From positions 5,268 to 69,267 of the IMG/VR virus record IMGVR_UViG_3300045988_126190: a stretch of DNA of 64,000 nt; one strand, 5' to 3'. Of the stretch, positions 43,826 to 53,874 are shown one piece after another; within the stretch, counting starts at the first letter, position 1, and each line of letters starts with the position of its first letter. The stretch is from a virus. Both the position numbers and the translations under genes were made by a program. Below the pieces are notes generated by a model. That model saw only the letters and a list, made by a program, of their open reading frames with translations. It searched no databases and was not told the DNA's origin.

Positions 43826-44365
43826 ATGGCTTTAAGAGATTACGAGGCGCGATGGCAATTTCTGCGGCAACCGGCGCGGGAGGCTACCGAGGCCTACGAA
43901 ACCGGCACACGGTGGTTCGACCAGATGAAGGAGCTGCTGCTCATTGAGGGCGGGCTGGTGCATCTTTCGGAGATGTTCCACCGTACAGCACACTGGTTCC
44001 CGACGCAGTTTGACGTGATCGGAGACATTCTGCACCAGCGGCACGTGATTCAGGACTACGGCGCGACACCGGAATTTCCGGGCGTCGGCTTGTCGGACGG
44101 CGGCGAAATCGGCACTTGCTTTGAAATGGCAATGCGGGTGTTTGAGGAGATCGAGCGGAAGCTCAAGACGCTGATTCGCCTCTGCGACGAGCAGAACGCT
44201 TGGGCGATTGCGCGGCAGTTTGAAAATCTGCAAATCGCCAACAGCCAGCGGCACGAGCGGTTTCTGTACGCATGGAAGATGTACGAGGAAGCCGAGAGCG
44301 CCAGCTCGTTTGACAATTGGGTGCTGCACCTGCTGGACGAGGAAGAAACGGAGGCTGATGCGTAA
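43826..44365 (+). CDS. hypothetical helical protein
   Basis: 179-aa ORF. Confidence 0.6.
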   Translation: MALRDYEARWQFLRQPAREATEAYETGTRWFDQMKELLLIEGGLVHLSEMFHRTAHWFPTQFDVIGDILHQRHVIQDYGATPEFPGVGLSDGGEIGTCFEMAMRVFEEIERKLKTLIRLCDEQNAWAIARQFENLQIANSQRHERFLYAWKMYEEAESASSFDNWVLHLLDEEETEADA

Positions 44366-45792
44366 TGCCCTTTAAGAAACCGGCCGGAGGCGACCGCTAC
44401 CGGAGCTTTTGCGGCGAATTTCGATTCCTTTCGACAGACGATGCGTTCAATTTCCACGTGGAAATCTGGCTTTTGAACGATCTCGTCAACCGGAACAACT
44501 GGAAATACATCAATCTGGAACAGCACAGAGCACTGTTTGCGGGTACGCCGATCCTGATTGCCTATACCAACGGCGGCAAGGGCATCGGCGACGGACACAA
44601 TTTCCGCATGGAAACCGACCCGCGAACGGGAGAGGAAGCGCCGTCGTTTACCGGCGCGACCGCAGAACGAATTGTTGGCGCTCTTTCCGATGACCAAGCC
44701 GATGTACGGCTTGAGCAGAGGGACGGACATACATGGATTGTCGGCAGAGGCCGCCTGTGGAAATGGTACGCCAAGGAGCTGGTGGAAAAGATTGAGCGTG
44801 ACGCGCGACAGGGGCGCAGCATGAGCATCTCCATCGAAACCTTGGTGACGAAAGCCCACATGGAGGGCGACGTCGAGGTAGAGGAGGAATACAAAATCCT
44901 CGGCACAACCATTTTAGGCGACCATGTTACTCCGGCAGTCGCAGGCGCTCACATAGCCGCCTTGCAGGAGATGAAGCAGTTCAATGAGTTAAAGGTCCGG
45001 GCTGCATCCTACAACGGCAAACCCCAAGCAAACAGCAAGCCTAACAATCAACATCAAGATCGAAAAGGAGTGAAAACCTTGAATCTTTTCAGTAAGAACC
45101 AGCTCAAGGAGCTTCAGAGCCGCTTTGCCGAGCACACCGTTTTGGCAGCGGGCAGCGACGACAATGGCATTCATGTTTGCATGATTGACAAGGACGGCGC
45201 TCCCATTGTTTACACGATGTCGGGCATGGAGGACACCATTGTCCCCGAGGGCTTCCACAGAGACTCCGTGAGCGCGGAATTTTCTTGCGGTGTTCGTGTA
45301 GATGCCTTTGACGCAATCGAACGGGCGCTTTCGCCCATGACCGCCGAGAACCGCGTCCTGCGCGAGCAGAATGAGAAGCTGACGGCTGACCTTGCCGCCG
45401 CCAACAACAGCGTCAAGGCGATGCAGGAGGCCGAGGACAAGCGCCGCAAGGCCGCCGCAAAGGCCGCTGCCGAAGCGTTCCTCGAAAAGCTGAACGAAAA
45501 CCGCGACGAGATCGACCGCATCAGCGTTGAGATCATCAAGCCCGTGCTGGAACGTGCCGAGGCAGGCGGTTTCAACGAAATCTGCAACGAGGCCGGCGAA
45601 TGGTGCGGCGACCGCGCTGCCGAGGATGCCGTTTGCGAGCGCGCCATGCGCCAGCAGATGGAGATCGACAAGCGCAACGCCGAGCAGACCAGAAACGCGC
45701 AGAAGAAAACCTACGCGTTCGAGGTTGCCGGTAAGGACGGCACGAATTCCGGCTCGGAAATCGAAAACATCTACAACAACCTCATGAAATAA
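44365..45792 (+). CDS. probable prohead protease/scaffold fusion
   Basis: Position between portal and capsid. C-terminal coiled coil. Functional call is weak. Confidence 0.45.
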   Translation: MPFKKPAGGDRYRSFCGEFRFLSTDDAFNFHVEIWLLNDLVNRNNWKYINLEQHRALFAGTPILIAYTNGGKGIGDGHNFRMETDPRTGEEAPSFTGATAERIVGALSDDQADVRLEQRDGHTWIVGRGRLWKWYAKELVEKIERDARQGRSMSISIETLVTKAHMEGDVEVEEEYKILGTTILGDHVTPAVAGAHIAALQEMKQFNELKVRAASYNGKPQANSKPNNQHQDRKGVKTLNLFSKNQLKELQSRFAEHTVLAAGSDDNGIHVCMIDKDGAPIVYTMSGMEDTIVPEGFHRDSVSAEFSCGVRVDAFDAIERALSPMTAENRVLREQNEKLTADLAAANNSVKAMQEAEDKRRKAAAKAAAEAFLEKLNENRDEIDRISVEIIKPVLERAEAGGFNEICNEAGEWCGDRAAEDAVCERAMRQQMEIDKRNAEQTRNAQKKTYAFEVAGKDGTNSGSEIENIYNNLMK

Positions 45793-45810
45793 TGAAAGGG
45801 TGAATCTACT

Positions 45811-46452
45811 ATGGCTTCTATCGCTAAAACCGCATTTGAGGTTTCCGTGAGCAACATCACGAGAAACAACATCCAGAATGTCCCCGGTTATTTCGGCAGC
45901 GGAACCGGAACTTCCTTCGTTCCCGACATCTGCCCGGCCGGCTTCCTCTGCACCCGCTCCGAGCTGGCTGCGAACGAGGGCTACGAGGGCAAGGGCGCGA
46001 ACGGCGCTGACATTCTCAACGGCAACACGTGGCGTTTTATCGCGGCGGCGGCCGGCACCTCCGGCGACCGTCTGGGCGACCACACCGGCATTTATGCCTT
46101 TAATTCCTACAACGCACAGCAGGGCACCATCGGCGGCAATACCTACTATGCCGGTGCGAACACCCTCGGCCTTGAGCTTCCCGCAGGCGAGCGCGGCGAC
46201 TTTACCGAGCTGATTGTCGGCGAGCAGTACACGTGGGGCGTTGGCGACTTCTCGACCGCTCCCACGGACAGCACCTTCCTGTATGCGACCATCGTCAACG
46301 GTCTGCTTGTGGCCTCCAAGACCGCACCCGCAGACGGCAGCGGCGTGTACCTGAAAATCCTCCGCAGCAAGCCTTTCACGAAGGGCGCTCGCTACGCCGG
46401 ATTTAACGGCTATGTCTGCGAGGTTTGCCGCGCGGCGGCAGCCAAGTCCTGA
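45811..46452 (+). CDS. head-associated protein (decoration?)
   Basis: 213 aa, immediately upstream of the capsid gene. Confidence 0.5.
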   Translation: MASIAKTAFEVSVSNITRNNIQNVPGYFGSGTGTSFVPDICPAGFLCTRSELAANEGYEGKGANGADILNGNTWRFIAAAAGTSGDRLGDHTGIYAFNSYNAQQGTIGGNTYYAGANTLGLELPAGERGDFTELIVGEQYTWGVGDFSTAPTDSTFLYATIVNGLLVASKTAPADGSGVYLKILRSKPFTKGARYAGFNGYVCEVCRAAAAKS

Positions 46453-46474
46453 GAGAAAAGGAGAGTGAAGTAAT

Positions 46475-47701
46475 ATGTTGAAGCTCAACAGCCTTGACAC
46501 CAATGTTTTTATCTATCACAGCAACAACGACGAGACCATCGGCACCGGCGCGAACAAAATCAGCCGCGATGAGCTGATTGCCTCCGGCCGTCTGTGCGCT
46601 ACCGAATATCTCGGCAAGCAGCTCGACCCGAAGGGCTTCGTTTCCCGCCTTGCGCAGTTTGGCGGCAGCTACGACGTTGCGGCCCGCAAGCACATGGAGA
46701 AGAAGCTCCTGTTCTGTGCGACCAAGGCCTACGCGGCGGTCGGCAAGCCCGCTCCGGAGAACGTGGAAGCGGTCAAGAGCGACATGAACCTCTGGAAAGA
46801 CCCGATTTTCCTGCGCACGATGTCCTACATTGACGCAGAGGTCGTATCTCCCCTTCTGTACAGCGTCATTTCCGACCTCGGCGGCCAGATGCTGAATCTG
46901 CGCAGCGCTCCGGTTGGCCGCACGGTTGAAATCAACGTGCAGTCCAACGAGGCGTTCCTGTGGGAGGACAGCGCTCCCGGCTCCGGCCACAGCACCACCA
47001 AGAACTACCTGTACGGCGACACCATCACCCTCAACCCGAAGATGTACGTCTGCAACGGCACCATCAAGTGGTTCCAGCTCGTCGCTTCGGACAACGGCAT
47101 GGACGCCGGCTGGTACTACACCGCCATTATCCGTGGCCTGTGGAGCAAGATCACCGCGCTTTACACCAAGGCGCTGCTGAACGCGGCGACTAACACCATG
47201 TACGTTCCCTCCTACCTGACCTTCGACTCCTACACCTCCGCCAACTGGGCGTCCGCGACCACTGCCGCTGCGGTTGCCAACGGCGTTCGCCGCGAGCAGC
47301 TGATGGCGTTCGGCAACTACGCAAGCCTCCAGAAGGTGCTGCCCTCCGGGACCGCCTCTGACGCTGCACTGACCTATCAGCTCGGCGAGGAATGGATGCG
47401 CAACGGCTTCGTGAGCATGGTTGGCCGCGTGCCGCTGTTCGAGATCATGCCTGCCATGGTTCCCGGCACGGTGAACACCACCGGCACGATGATCGACCTC
47501 GACAAGCATCTGTTCATTACCGCACGTGTCGGCGACGCGATGGCTCCCATCTACGGCGCGATTGCCGAGGGCTGGCCGGTCGCGATGGAGTACACCCCGT
47601 CCGAGACCGCAGACTTCGAGATCAGCATCAACATGAGCACGCTCATGGATTTCAAGCCGGTGTTTGCCTCCAAGGTCGCCGTTATCCAGAACGTTATCTA
47701 A
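46475..47701 (+). CDS. major capsid protein
   Basis: 408 aa. Position, and followed by a stabilising hairpin. Confidence 0.6.
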   Translation: MLKLNSLDTNVFIYHSNNDETIGTGANKISRDELIASGRLCATEYLGKQLDPKGFVSRLAQFGGSYDVAARKHMEKKLLFCATKAYAAVGKPAPENVEAVKSDMNLWKDPIFLRTMSYIDAEVVSPLLYSVISDLGGQMLNLRSAPVGRTVEINVQSNEAFLWEDSAPGSGHSTTKNYLYGDTITLNPKMYVCNGTIKWFQLVASDNGMDAGWYYTAIIRGLWSKITALYTKALLNAATNTMYVPSYLTFDSYTSANWASATTAAAVANGVRREQLMAFGNYASLQKVLPSGTASDAALTYQLGEEWMRNGFVSMVGRVPLFEIMPAMVPGTVNTTGTMIDLDKHLFITARVGDAMAPIYGAIAEGWPVAMEYTPSETADFEISINMSTLMDFKPVFASKVAVIQNVI

Positions 47702-47715
47702 TCCAAGCCTTTTTC

Positions 47716-47737
47716 GGAGGGCGGGAAACCGCCCTCC
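47716..47737 (+). other. 9-bp GC hairpin with GAAA tetraloop, no U-tract
   Basis: GGAGGGCGG-GAAA-CCGCCCUCC. Confidence 0.6.
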
Positions 47738-47744
47738 CCTATCC

Positions 47745-47812
47745 GCCGCTCTGGGATGGTCTCCTTTCGGCAAGTACAGAAAGGCACGACGGTTCGACTC
47801 CGTCGAGCGGCA
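47745..47812 (+). ncRNA. mini tRNA-like element 2 (68 nt)
   Basis: Acceptor GCCGCUC/GAGCGGC. Perfect T arm GACGG-UUCGACU-CCGUC. Stem CUUUC/GAAAG with a 10-nt loop. Mini D arm. Confidence 0.5.
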
Positions 47813-47855
47813 CTTAAAAAACGAATTTTCACCATAGTTGAGGAGGTAAAAACCT

Positions 47856-48533
47856 ATGGCAGAGGCAACGAAGCGAACCTACACGAAGAAAACTACGGCT
47901 GCGCCGAAGGAAACCGCCGAAACGGCGGCTCCCGCAGCAGAAAAGACCTACACGAAGGCCGAGCTGGACGCCATGATCGCGGCGGCAGTCCAACAGGCGA
48001 TCGCGAATTATGCTCCCGCGCCGCTCCCCGCGCAGACGGCCGGCGACAGCGTTGTTACCGTGCTGTTTATCGCAGAGGTATCGAAGGAGAACCAGTTGGA
48101 GCTTCCGGGCTACGGCGCGATGCGTCCGAATTCGTATCTGGAAATCCCGAAGAAGGAGTTTGGAGGCAAGTTCATGTCGCCGCTGGCACGGCTCCTGATT
48201 GATAAGCGCCATATTCTGGTGGTGGACGGGCTGACGGAGGACGAAAGAATCCGCTGGAACTGCGACTACAAGGACGGCGAGGTGCTGTCTGAGCGCGTAT
48301 TTGACCACATGCTGGACTTTGACACCGCGCAGCTGTGTGACATCGTTTCCCATCTTTGCGACGAACACAAGCGCTTTGTGTGCCGCAGAATCACGCAGGC
48401 GCGGGTGGACAAGGACAACCGGCTCTCTCTTGACCGCGTAAAGGCGGTAAATGCGCTGACGACCCACATTGTTGAGGGCGGCCTTTTGCAGCCGGTCATT
48501 GAGGATTTTGCGAAGGAACTCGTGAAGAAGTAA
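47856..48533 (+). CDS. hypothetical virion protein
   Basis: 225-aa ORF. Confidence 0.6.
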   Translation: MAEATKRTYTKKTTAAPKETAETAAPAAEKTYTKAELDAMIAAAVQQAIANYAPAPLPAQTAGDSVVTVLFIAEVSKENQLELPGYGAMRPNSYLEIPKKEFGGKFMSPLARLLIDKRHILVVDGLTEDERIRWNCDYKDGEVLSERVFDHMLDFDTAQLCDIVSHLCDEHKRFVCRRITQARVDKDNRLSLDRVKAVNALTTHIVEGGLLQPVIEDFAKELVKK

Positions 48534-48580
48534 GCAAATCTACGCGATTCCCCCATAAAAATAAGACTATTTCAAAGGAA

Positions 48581-49291
48581 GTGACCAACGTGACGACAAG
48601 TTGGAGCGACATTCTCACCGCAGCGCTCACGGTTATCAACGATATTCGGTGGAGAAAGCAGCTTGCGACCAATGCGGCAGAGTTCTACCGAGCGAAATCC
48701 GCCTATGTCACAATGGCGCTTCCTTTGCTCTGCCGTCCTCCGGAGCTGCTACAGCACATGCAAAGCGGATTGGTGGAGCCGGAATACGCCTCGCTGGAAT
48801 GGAAAGTATCGGAAAACGACACCACCGGCGAGAAGGTTGAAATATCTACCGGATTGGTAGGCTTTGAGCTGATGAGCGTGTCGATGCTCCTGCCGGACGG
48901 AACCGGCGCGATTGCATATCCGAACGCAACCTATGACGCGGGGAGCGGCAAAATCACGTTCCCGCCGCAGGACGCAAGCGGCGTGATCTACAGCATCGAC
49001 TTTTACACGGACGGGCAGTTCCAAGACCTGACCTTGACGCAAAAGCGGCTGCTGGCGCTGGCCGTGGCGGTGGTGTGGGACGAGCATTTTGACCGAGACT
49101 GGCTGAACAGAACACCGAAAATCCACGACGCAAGCTTTGAAACCGTGAACGAGGCGAACTACACAGATAAATCATCCAAAAGCCGCAGTGAAAGCAGGGC
49201 AATCTTTGAGGACGAGCTTCGGAAGTATGAGCAAAACTGCGCATACGTCGCCACGATGCCGAAAGCGCCCCCGCGCGTCACACTGATTTAG
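48581..49291 (+). CDS. hypothetical virion protein (start 48581 or 48590)
   Basis: 236-aa ORF with GTG starts. Confidence 0.6.
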   Translation: MTNVTTSWSDILTAALTVINDIRWRKQLATNAAEFYRAKSAYVTMALPLLCRPPELLQHMQSGLVEPEYASLEWKVSENDTTGEKVEISTGLVGFELMSVSMLLPDGTGAIAYPNATYDAGSGKITFPPQDASGVIYSIDFYTDGQFQDLTLTQKRLLALAVAVVWDEHFDRDWLNRTPKIHDASFETVNEANYTDKSSKSRSESRAIFEDELRKYEQNCAYVATMPKAPPRVTLI

Positions 49292-49302
49292 GAGGTGCTG
49301 AA

Positions 49303-50112
49303 ATGGCAGAGGTTTTTCTGAAGGGCTCGGCTTATTCCATCCCGTTTCTGATAAAAAGCGGGAAAACAACCATCACAAACGAAAACGTTGCCAGCGTTCG
49401 GCTGGGGCTGGGCAACCTGACGGCAAGCTGGCCGGGCGGACGGCTCCGCTACAGCGGCGGGTACTGGCTTTTCCCGGTGACACAGGCGCAGAGCTACGCG
49501 CTGCCGCAGGGCGAAACCTACTATCAGGCGCAGATTCAAATGGCCAGCGGAGAGACGTTTTCCTCGAAACGGCAATGCATCTTCGTTGACGGCACGATCT
49601 TCCGAACGCCATTCGGCGAGACGCAGTTGTCCACGCCCGAAACGGCAGACGCGCAGCCGATTCCGGCGCAAATTGAGCCAAAGCCGGAGCAAATCGCGGT
49701 GGAAATCCAGACGCTTGGCGGTGGGCTGCCGTCGAGTTATGTGCTTCCTCCGGCAACGAGCGACAAGTTGGGCGGCGTAAAGGCTGACCCCGCGACCGAG
49801 CAAGATACCGTCCCCGTAAGAATTGGGGAAGATGAAAAGCTCTATGCAGAAAATCAGCTCCCGACCGTTACCGAGGAGGACAACGGGAAGGTTCTGGGCG
49901 TGGTGGACGGGAAAATTGGTCTGATCTCGGGCGGCGGCACGATTTACGAAGGCCCCTACGAGGTATCGCCCATCTTTGACGACCCTACCGTTCTGCCGAC
50001 GGAAGGAAAATTCCTGACACAGGACGTTTCGGTAAATCCCATCGGCCTTTCTAGGACGAGCAATCCTAGCGGCGGCCAAACTATTTTTATTGGAGGAATC
50101 ACAAATGGCTAA
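49303..50112 (+). CDS. fibre-like virion protein
   Basis: LPPATSDKLGGVKAD motif, common in phage fibre proteins. Confidence 0.55.
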   Translation: MAEVFLKGSAYSIPFLIKSGKTTITNENVASVRLGLGNLTASWPGGRLRYSGGYWLFPVTQAQSYALPQGETYYQAQIQMASGETFSSKRQCIFVDGTIFRTPFGETQLSTPETADAQPIPAQIEPKPEQIAVEIQTLGGGLPSSYVLPPATSDKLGGVKADPATEQDTVPVRIGEDEKLYAENQLPTVTEEDNGKVLGVVDGKIGLISGGGTIYEGPYEVSPIFDDPTVLPTEGKFLTQDVSVNPIGLSRTSNPSGGQTIFIGGITNG

Positions 50113-50692
50113 CCAGTACGTAAACAAGGTCGTGCTTGCCAACGGTACCACGCTCATCGACTTAACTGCCGATACCGTAGTCGCTGACAAGTTACTCAAG
50201 GGCTACACCGCCCACGACAAATCCGGTGCACAAATCACCGGCACCAGCACCTTTGACGCAGACACCAGCGATGCCACCGCCGGTGCAGCGGAAATCCTGC
50301 TCGGTAAGACCGCTTATGTGTCCGGACAGAAAATCACCGGCACGATGCCCAACAACGGCGCAAAGACCCTGAACATCACCAAGGCCGACACGCCAGTTGC
50401 CATCCCCATGGGCTACCACGACGGCTCCGGCAAGGCGCAGATTGACCCGACCGAGCAGGCGAAGATCATTGCCACGAACATCCGCGAGGGCGTGACCATC
50501 CTCGGCGTTGAGGGCTCGATGAGCGGTTCTGAGGACATGAAGCCGCAGGCCAAGACCGTCACCCCGACGTTTGCGGCGCAGGAGATTCTTCCCGATGAGG
50601 GCTACAACTGCCTGTCGCAGGTCACAGTCAGCGCAATTCCCGTGGCTTACGTGGACAATACGCAGGGTGGTCAGACCGTCACCATCGGCTAA
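50105..50692 (+). CDS. receptor-binding-like protein, paralog A
   Basis: N-terminus NKVVLANGTTLIDLTADTVVADKLLKGYTAH is shared with the 50727 product. Confidence 0.55.
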   Translation: MANQYVNKVVLANGTTLIDLTADTVVADKLLKGYTAHDKSGAQITGTSTFDADTSDATAGAAEILLGKTAYVSGQKITGTMPNNGAKTLNITKADTPVAIPMGYHDGSGKAQIDPTEQAKIIATNIREGVTILGVEGSMSGSEDMKPQAKTVTPTFAAQEILPDEGYNCLSQVTVSAIPVAYVDNTQGGQTVTIG

Positions 50693-50726
50693 ACAGCCAA
50701 GCGAACACTAACAGAAGGAGGCCGCT

Positions 50727-50990
50727 ATGGCAGCGAACAAAGTGATTATCAACGGAGAAACTGTGTTGGACTTGACCTCCGACACAGTAACTCCGGATAA
50801 GCTATTGCAGGGCGCCACGGCGCACGGTGCCTCCGGCGCTCTTGTAGAGGGCACGATGCCCAACAACGGCGCGGTGTCCAAGACGATGGACGGCCTGACG
50901 ACGACCTCCGTCGCCATTGCGGCGGGCTACACATCCGGCGGTACGGTGAGCCTCACCGATGCAATTGAAACGGCTCTTGCAGCTATTTGA
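50727..50990 (+). CDS. receptor-binding-like protein, paralog B (short)
   Basis: NKVIINGETVLDLTSDTVTPDKLLQGATAH. Confidence 0.55.
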   Translation: MAANKVIINGETVLDLTSDTVTPDKLLQGATAHGASGALVEGTMPNNGAVSKTMDGLTTTSVAIAAGYTSGGTVSLTDAIETALAAI

Positions 50991-51001
50991 GGAGGTTACT
51001 T

Positions 51002-52114
51002 ATGAGTGTACAGACCGAAATTGACCGCATCATTACGGCGGTCGGCGCGGCTTATGATGCCGTGGAGGAAAAGGGCGGCACGCTTCCCGCAAGCGAAACA
51101 GTCGCAAACCTTGCCGAGGCAATCAACAGCATTCCGAAGGATACACATCAGGCGGTGGAGCAGGCTACGCCGTCCCTGTCGCTCAATGCGGCGACCGGCG
51201 AGGTCACGGCAGAGGCGACACAGGCCGCAGGCCTTGTTGCCGCCGGGACGAAGAAGGCGACCATGCAGCTTGCGACCCAAGCGGAAAAAACGGTTACGCC
51301 GACAGAGGCGGAGCAGACCGCCGTTGCATCGGGGAAATACACCACCGGCGACGTTGTGGTTGCGGCAGTTCCTGCCGAGGCAAAGACCGTGGAGCTTTCC
51401 ATGCCGAGCGGCGACCAGACGGTCAGCCCTGATGCCGGGAAATTCCTGAGCGCAGTCACGGTAAAAAAACCCGCGACGATGCTTCCTGAGAACATCAAGA
51501 AGGGCGTAAGCATCGGCGGCGTGGTCGGCACGCTGGAAAGCGGCGGTGGCGACCTCGACGCGTTCATTGAGGGAAACCTCCCAATGATTACAAGCAACGC
51601 AAGCAATGTTAGAGAATTTGCGTCCTACTTCAACTCGTATATTTGGTCGGCAAGTTTCCCGAAAGCAACAAGCATTGGCAACGCTGCATTTCAGTACAGC
51701 GAGTATTTAGATTCTGTGAGTTGTCCACAAGCAACGAAAATTGGACAAAGCGCATTCGACGGATGCTGGAATTTAAGAACAGCAAACTTCCCACTGGCAA
51801 CGAATATTGACGAAGGCGCGTTTTCCGGCTGCGGCAATCAGCTCAGAACGCTAAGCTTCCCCAAAGCAACCAGCATTGGTGGAAGGGCATTTGCGGGTTG
51901 TGCCAAACTCACTGCACTTGTGCTTAGTAACGCAGAGGCAGTTTGCAAATTAAGCAACAGTACTAGCGCTGGCGACGCCCTTAAATCCACTCCTATTGCG
52001 GATGGGACAGGCTACATCTATGTTCCCGATGCACTGGTGGATAGTTATAAGGCAGCAACCAACTGGTCGATCTATGCGGCGCAAATCAAGCCCTTGTCGG
52101 AGTATTCGGCATAA
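51002..52114 (+). CDS. BspA-type leucine-rich-repeat protein
   Basis: C-terminal repeats ...FPKATSIGNAAF...CPQATKIGQSAF...FPLATNIDEGAF. Confidence 0.65.
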   Translation: MSVQTEIDRIITAVGAAYDAVEEKGGTLPASETVANLAEAINSIPKDTHQAVEQATPSLSLNAATGEVTAEATQAAGLVAAGTKKATMQLATQAEKTVTPTEAEQTAVASGKYTTGDVVVAAVPAEAKTVELSMPSGDQTVSPDAGKFLSAVTVKKPATMLPENIKKGVSIGGVVGTLESGGGDLDAFIEGNLPMITSNASNVREFASYFNSYIWSASFPKATSIGNAAFQYSEYLDSVSCPQATKIGQSAFDGCWNLRTANFPLATNIDEGAFSGCGNQLRTLSFPKATSIGGRAFAGCAKLTALVLSNAEAVCKLSNSTSAGDALKSTPIADGTGYIYVPDALVDSYKAATNWSIYAAQIKPLSEYSA

Positions 52115-52288
52115 GGAAGGATGGAAAGGGACGAATGATCTACTTACATGAGCAGCAGCTCGACGACCGCCTTGTGCGGCACTGGGCATACAGCGAAACC
52201 AATTGCGCAGGAGGTGGCTGCCCATGTTCGTGGCTCCAACGAAGTCGCCGAAGAAACGGCGCAAATCTAAAATCACTTACGGGAGGCG

Positions 52289-52576
52289 TTGCGTTTGGGC
52301 GCTCGAGAAATCTTAACCCTTATCGGCGAATTGATCGCGCTGATCAGCACGATTACCGCCTGCGCCGTGAGCATCAGCAAGGTCATGAGCGGGACGAAAT
52401 GCCTGCTACGGAGCGAGATGCTGCGAATCTACTACAAGCACAAGGATTCCCAACAGATACGGCAGTATGAGTATGAGAACTTCGTGTACCTTTACGAAGC
52501 ATACAAAAAACTGGGCGGCAACTCGTTTATTGACAAAATCTATCTTGAGGTAAGGACGTGGGAGGTCACGTCGTGA
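52289..52576 (+). CDS. membrane-anchored protein of lysis region
   Basis: N-terminal transmembrane segment plus LRIYYKH...YKKLGGN motif. Non-ATG start. Confidence 0.5.
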   Translation: MRLGAREILTLIGELIALISTITACAVSISKVMSGTKCLLRSEMLRIYYKHKDSQQIRQYEYENFVYLYEAYKKLGGNSFIDKIYLEVRTWEVTS

Positions 52577-52598
52577 GCCGGGCGAAGGGAGCGGAAAA

Positions 52599-52808
52599 AT
52601 GAAGAAGGAATACCAATTCGGGACGGTCCTCTACGACGAGCAAGAGCACCTGATCCGCTGCATGGCCTGCAAACGGCCGGTCAACGAGAAAAAGCTCCTG
52701 TTCCGACACGATGGACAGTGGGTGTGCGGGAAATGCCTGTGCGGCGTTGAGAACACTCCCACGCAATGCACGCTTTGCAGCACCGCTAAGGCGGCTGTGG
52801 AGGGATAA
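52599..52808 (+). CDS. small zinc-ribbon protein
   Basis: CMACKRP...CGKCLC. Confidence 0.5.
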   Translation: MKKEYQFGTVLYDEQEHLIRCMACKRPVNEKKLLFRHDGQWVCGKCLCGVENTPTQCTLCSTAKAAVEG

Positions 52809-52831
52809 ATTACGGGCGAAAGCCGGAAAGG

Positions 52832-53050
52832 ATGAGAAAAAACATGATGAACGATAAACTGTACAAAATTCTGAAGTACATTGCCATGATCTTCCTGCCT
52901 GCGCTGGGAACGCTGTATTTCGCGCTGGCGGGAATTTGGGGCTTCCCCTATGCCGAGCAGGTGGTTGGCACAATCACCGCAGTTGACACGTTCTTGGGCG
53001 TGATTCTGGGCATCTCCACGGCACAGTACAACAAGAAAATGGGAGGCTGA
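52832..53050 (+). CDS. holin
   Basis: YKILKYIAMIFLPALGTLYFALAGIWGFPY...VDTFLGVILGIS. Two transmembrane segments, upstream of the amidase. Confidence 0.7.
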   Translation: MRKNMMNDKLYKILKYIAMIFLPALGTLYFALAGIWGFPYAEQVVGTITAVDTFLGVILGISTAQYNKKMGG

Positions 53051-53054
53051 CGCA

Positions 53055-53846
53055 ATGAAGATCGTCCAGCAATTTACCACCAAGAATCCGAGCTACTATG
53101 CCAATGAGGTACAGCAGGACTATCGGTATGCCGATTTCCAAAGGTACGGCGCGAAGGGAGCCGTCCTGCACAGCATCGGATGCCCGCAGCCGTCGGCGCA
53201 GCTGATTGCCAACAACTTCAACCGCTCCAACGCAGAGGCATCCGTCCATGCCGTTTTGCAGGCGGACGGACTGGTGGTACAGACGATGCCGTGGAACTAC
53301 CGAGCATGGCACGTCGGCGGCAGCGCAAACAACACGCATGTCGGTGTGGAGATGACGGAGCCGGATTGCATCTGGTATGACGCGAAGAACGGCTACAAGC
53401 TGCACATCAACGACTACGCCAAGGCGACCGCGTTTGTCAAGGCGACCTATGCTGTGGCGGTGGAGCTGTTTGCGCAGCTCTGCGCGGAAAACGGCTGGAA
53501 TCCGCTGGAGGACGGCGTGATTCTGTCGCACAAGGAGTGCCACGCAAGAGGTCTCGGCAGCAACCACGGCGACCCGGAGCATCTGTGGGACGCGCTCAAC
53601 ACAGGCTACACAATGGACAAATTCCGCGCGGATGTCGCGGAGAAAATGGAGGAGGAAAATATGGTACGTTACCAACACGTCGAGGATATGCCCGAATGGG
53701 CACAGCCGGATATTCAGGAGCTGGTGGACGCAAACGTGCTGCGCGGCGACGAGAACGGCAACCTGAATCTGACCGAGGACATGATCCGGATGGCGATCAT
53801 CAATAAGCGCTACACCGATCAGACGAGCTGCTGCAAGGGCAAGTAA
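53055..53846 (+). CDS. endolysin, N-acetylmuramoyl-L-alanine amidase (Amidase_2/PGRP-type)
   Basis: HSIGCPQP, WHVGGSANNTHVGVEM and SHKECH motifs. Confidence 0.8.
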   Translation: MKIVQQFTTKNPSYYANEVQQDYRYADFQRYGAKGAVLHSIGCPQPSAQLIANNFNRSNAEASVHAVLQADGLVVQTMPWNYRAWHVGGSANNTHVGVEMTEPDCIWYDAKNGYKLHINDYAKATAFVKATYAVAVELFAQLCAENGWNPLEDGVILSHKECHARGLGSNHGDPEHLWDALNTGYTMDKFRADVAEKMEEENMVRYQHVEDMPEWAQPDIQELVDANVLRGDENGNLNLTEDMIRMAIINKRYTDQTSCCKGK

Positions 53847-53874
53847 AAAACAACAAGAAGGACGGGATGTCGCT

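Noticed and set aside
44989-47773. Minus-strand ORFs 44989..46503 and 46403..47773 (504 and 456 aa)
   Set aside because: They are antisense to the prohead and capsid genes. The products are Gly/Arg/Ala-rich low-complexity sequence, as expected for shadow frames.
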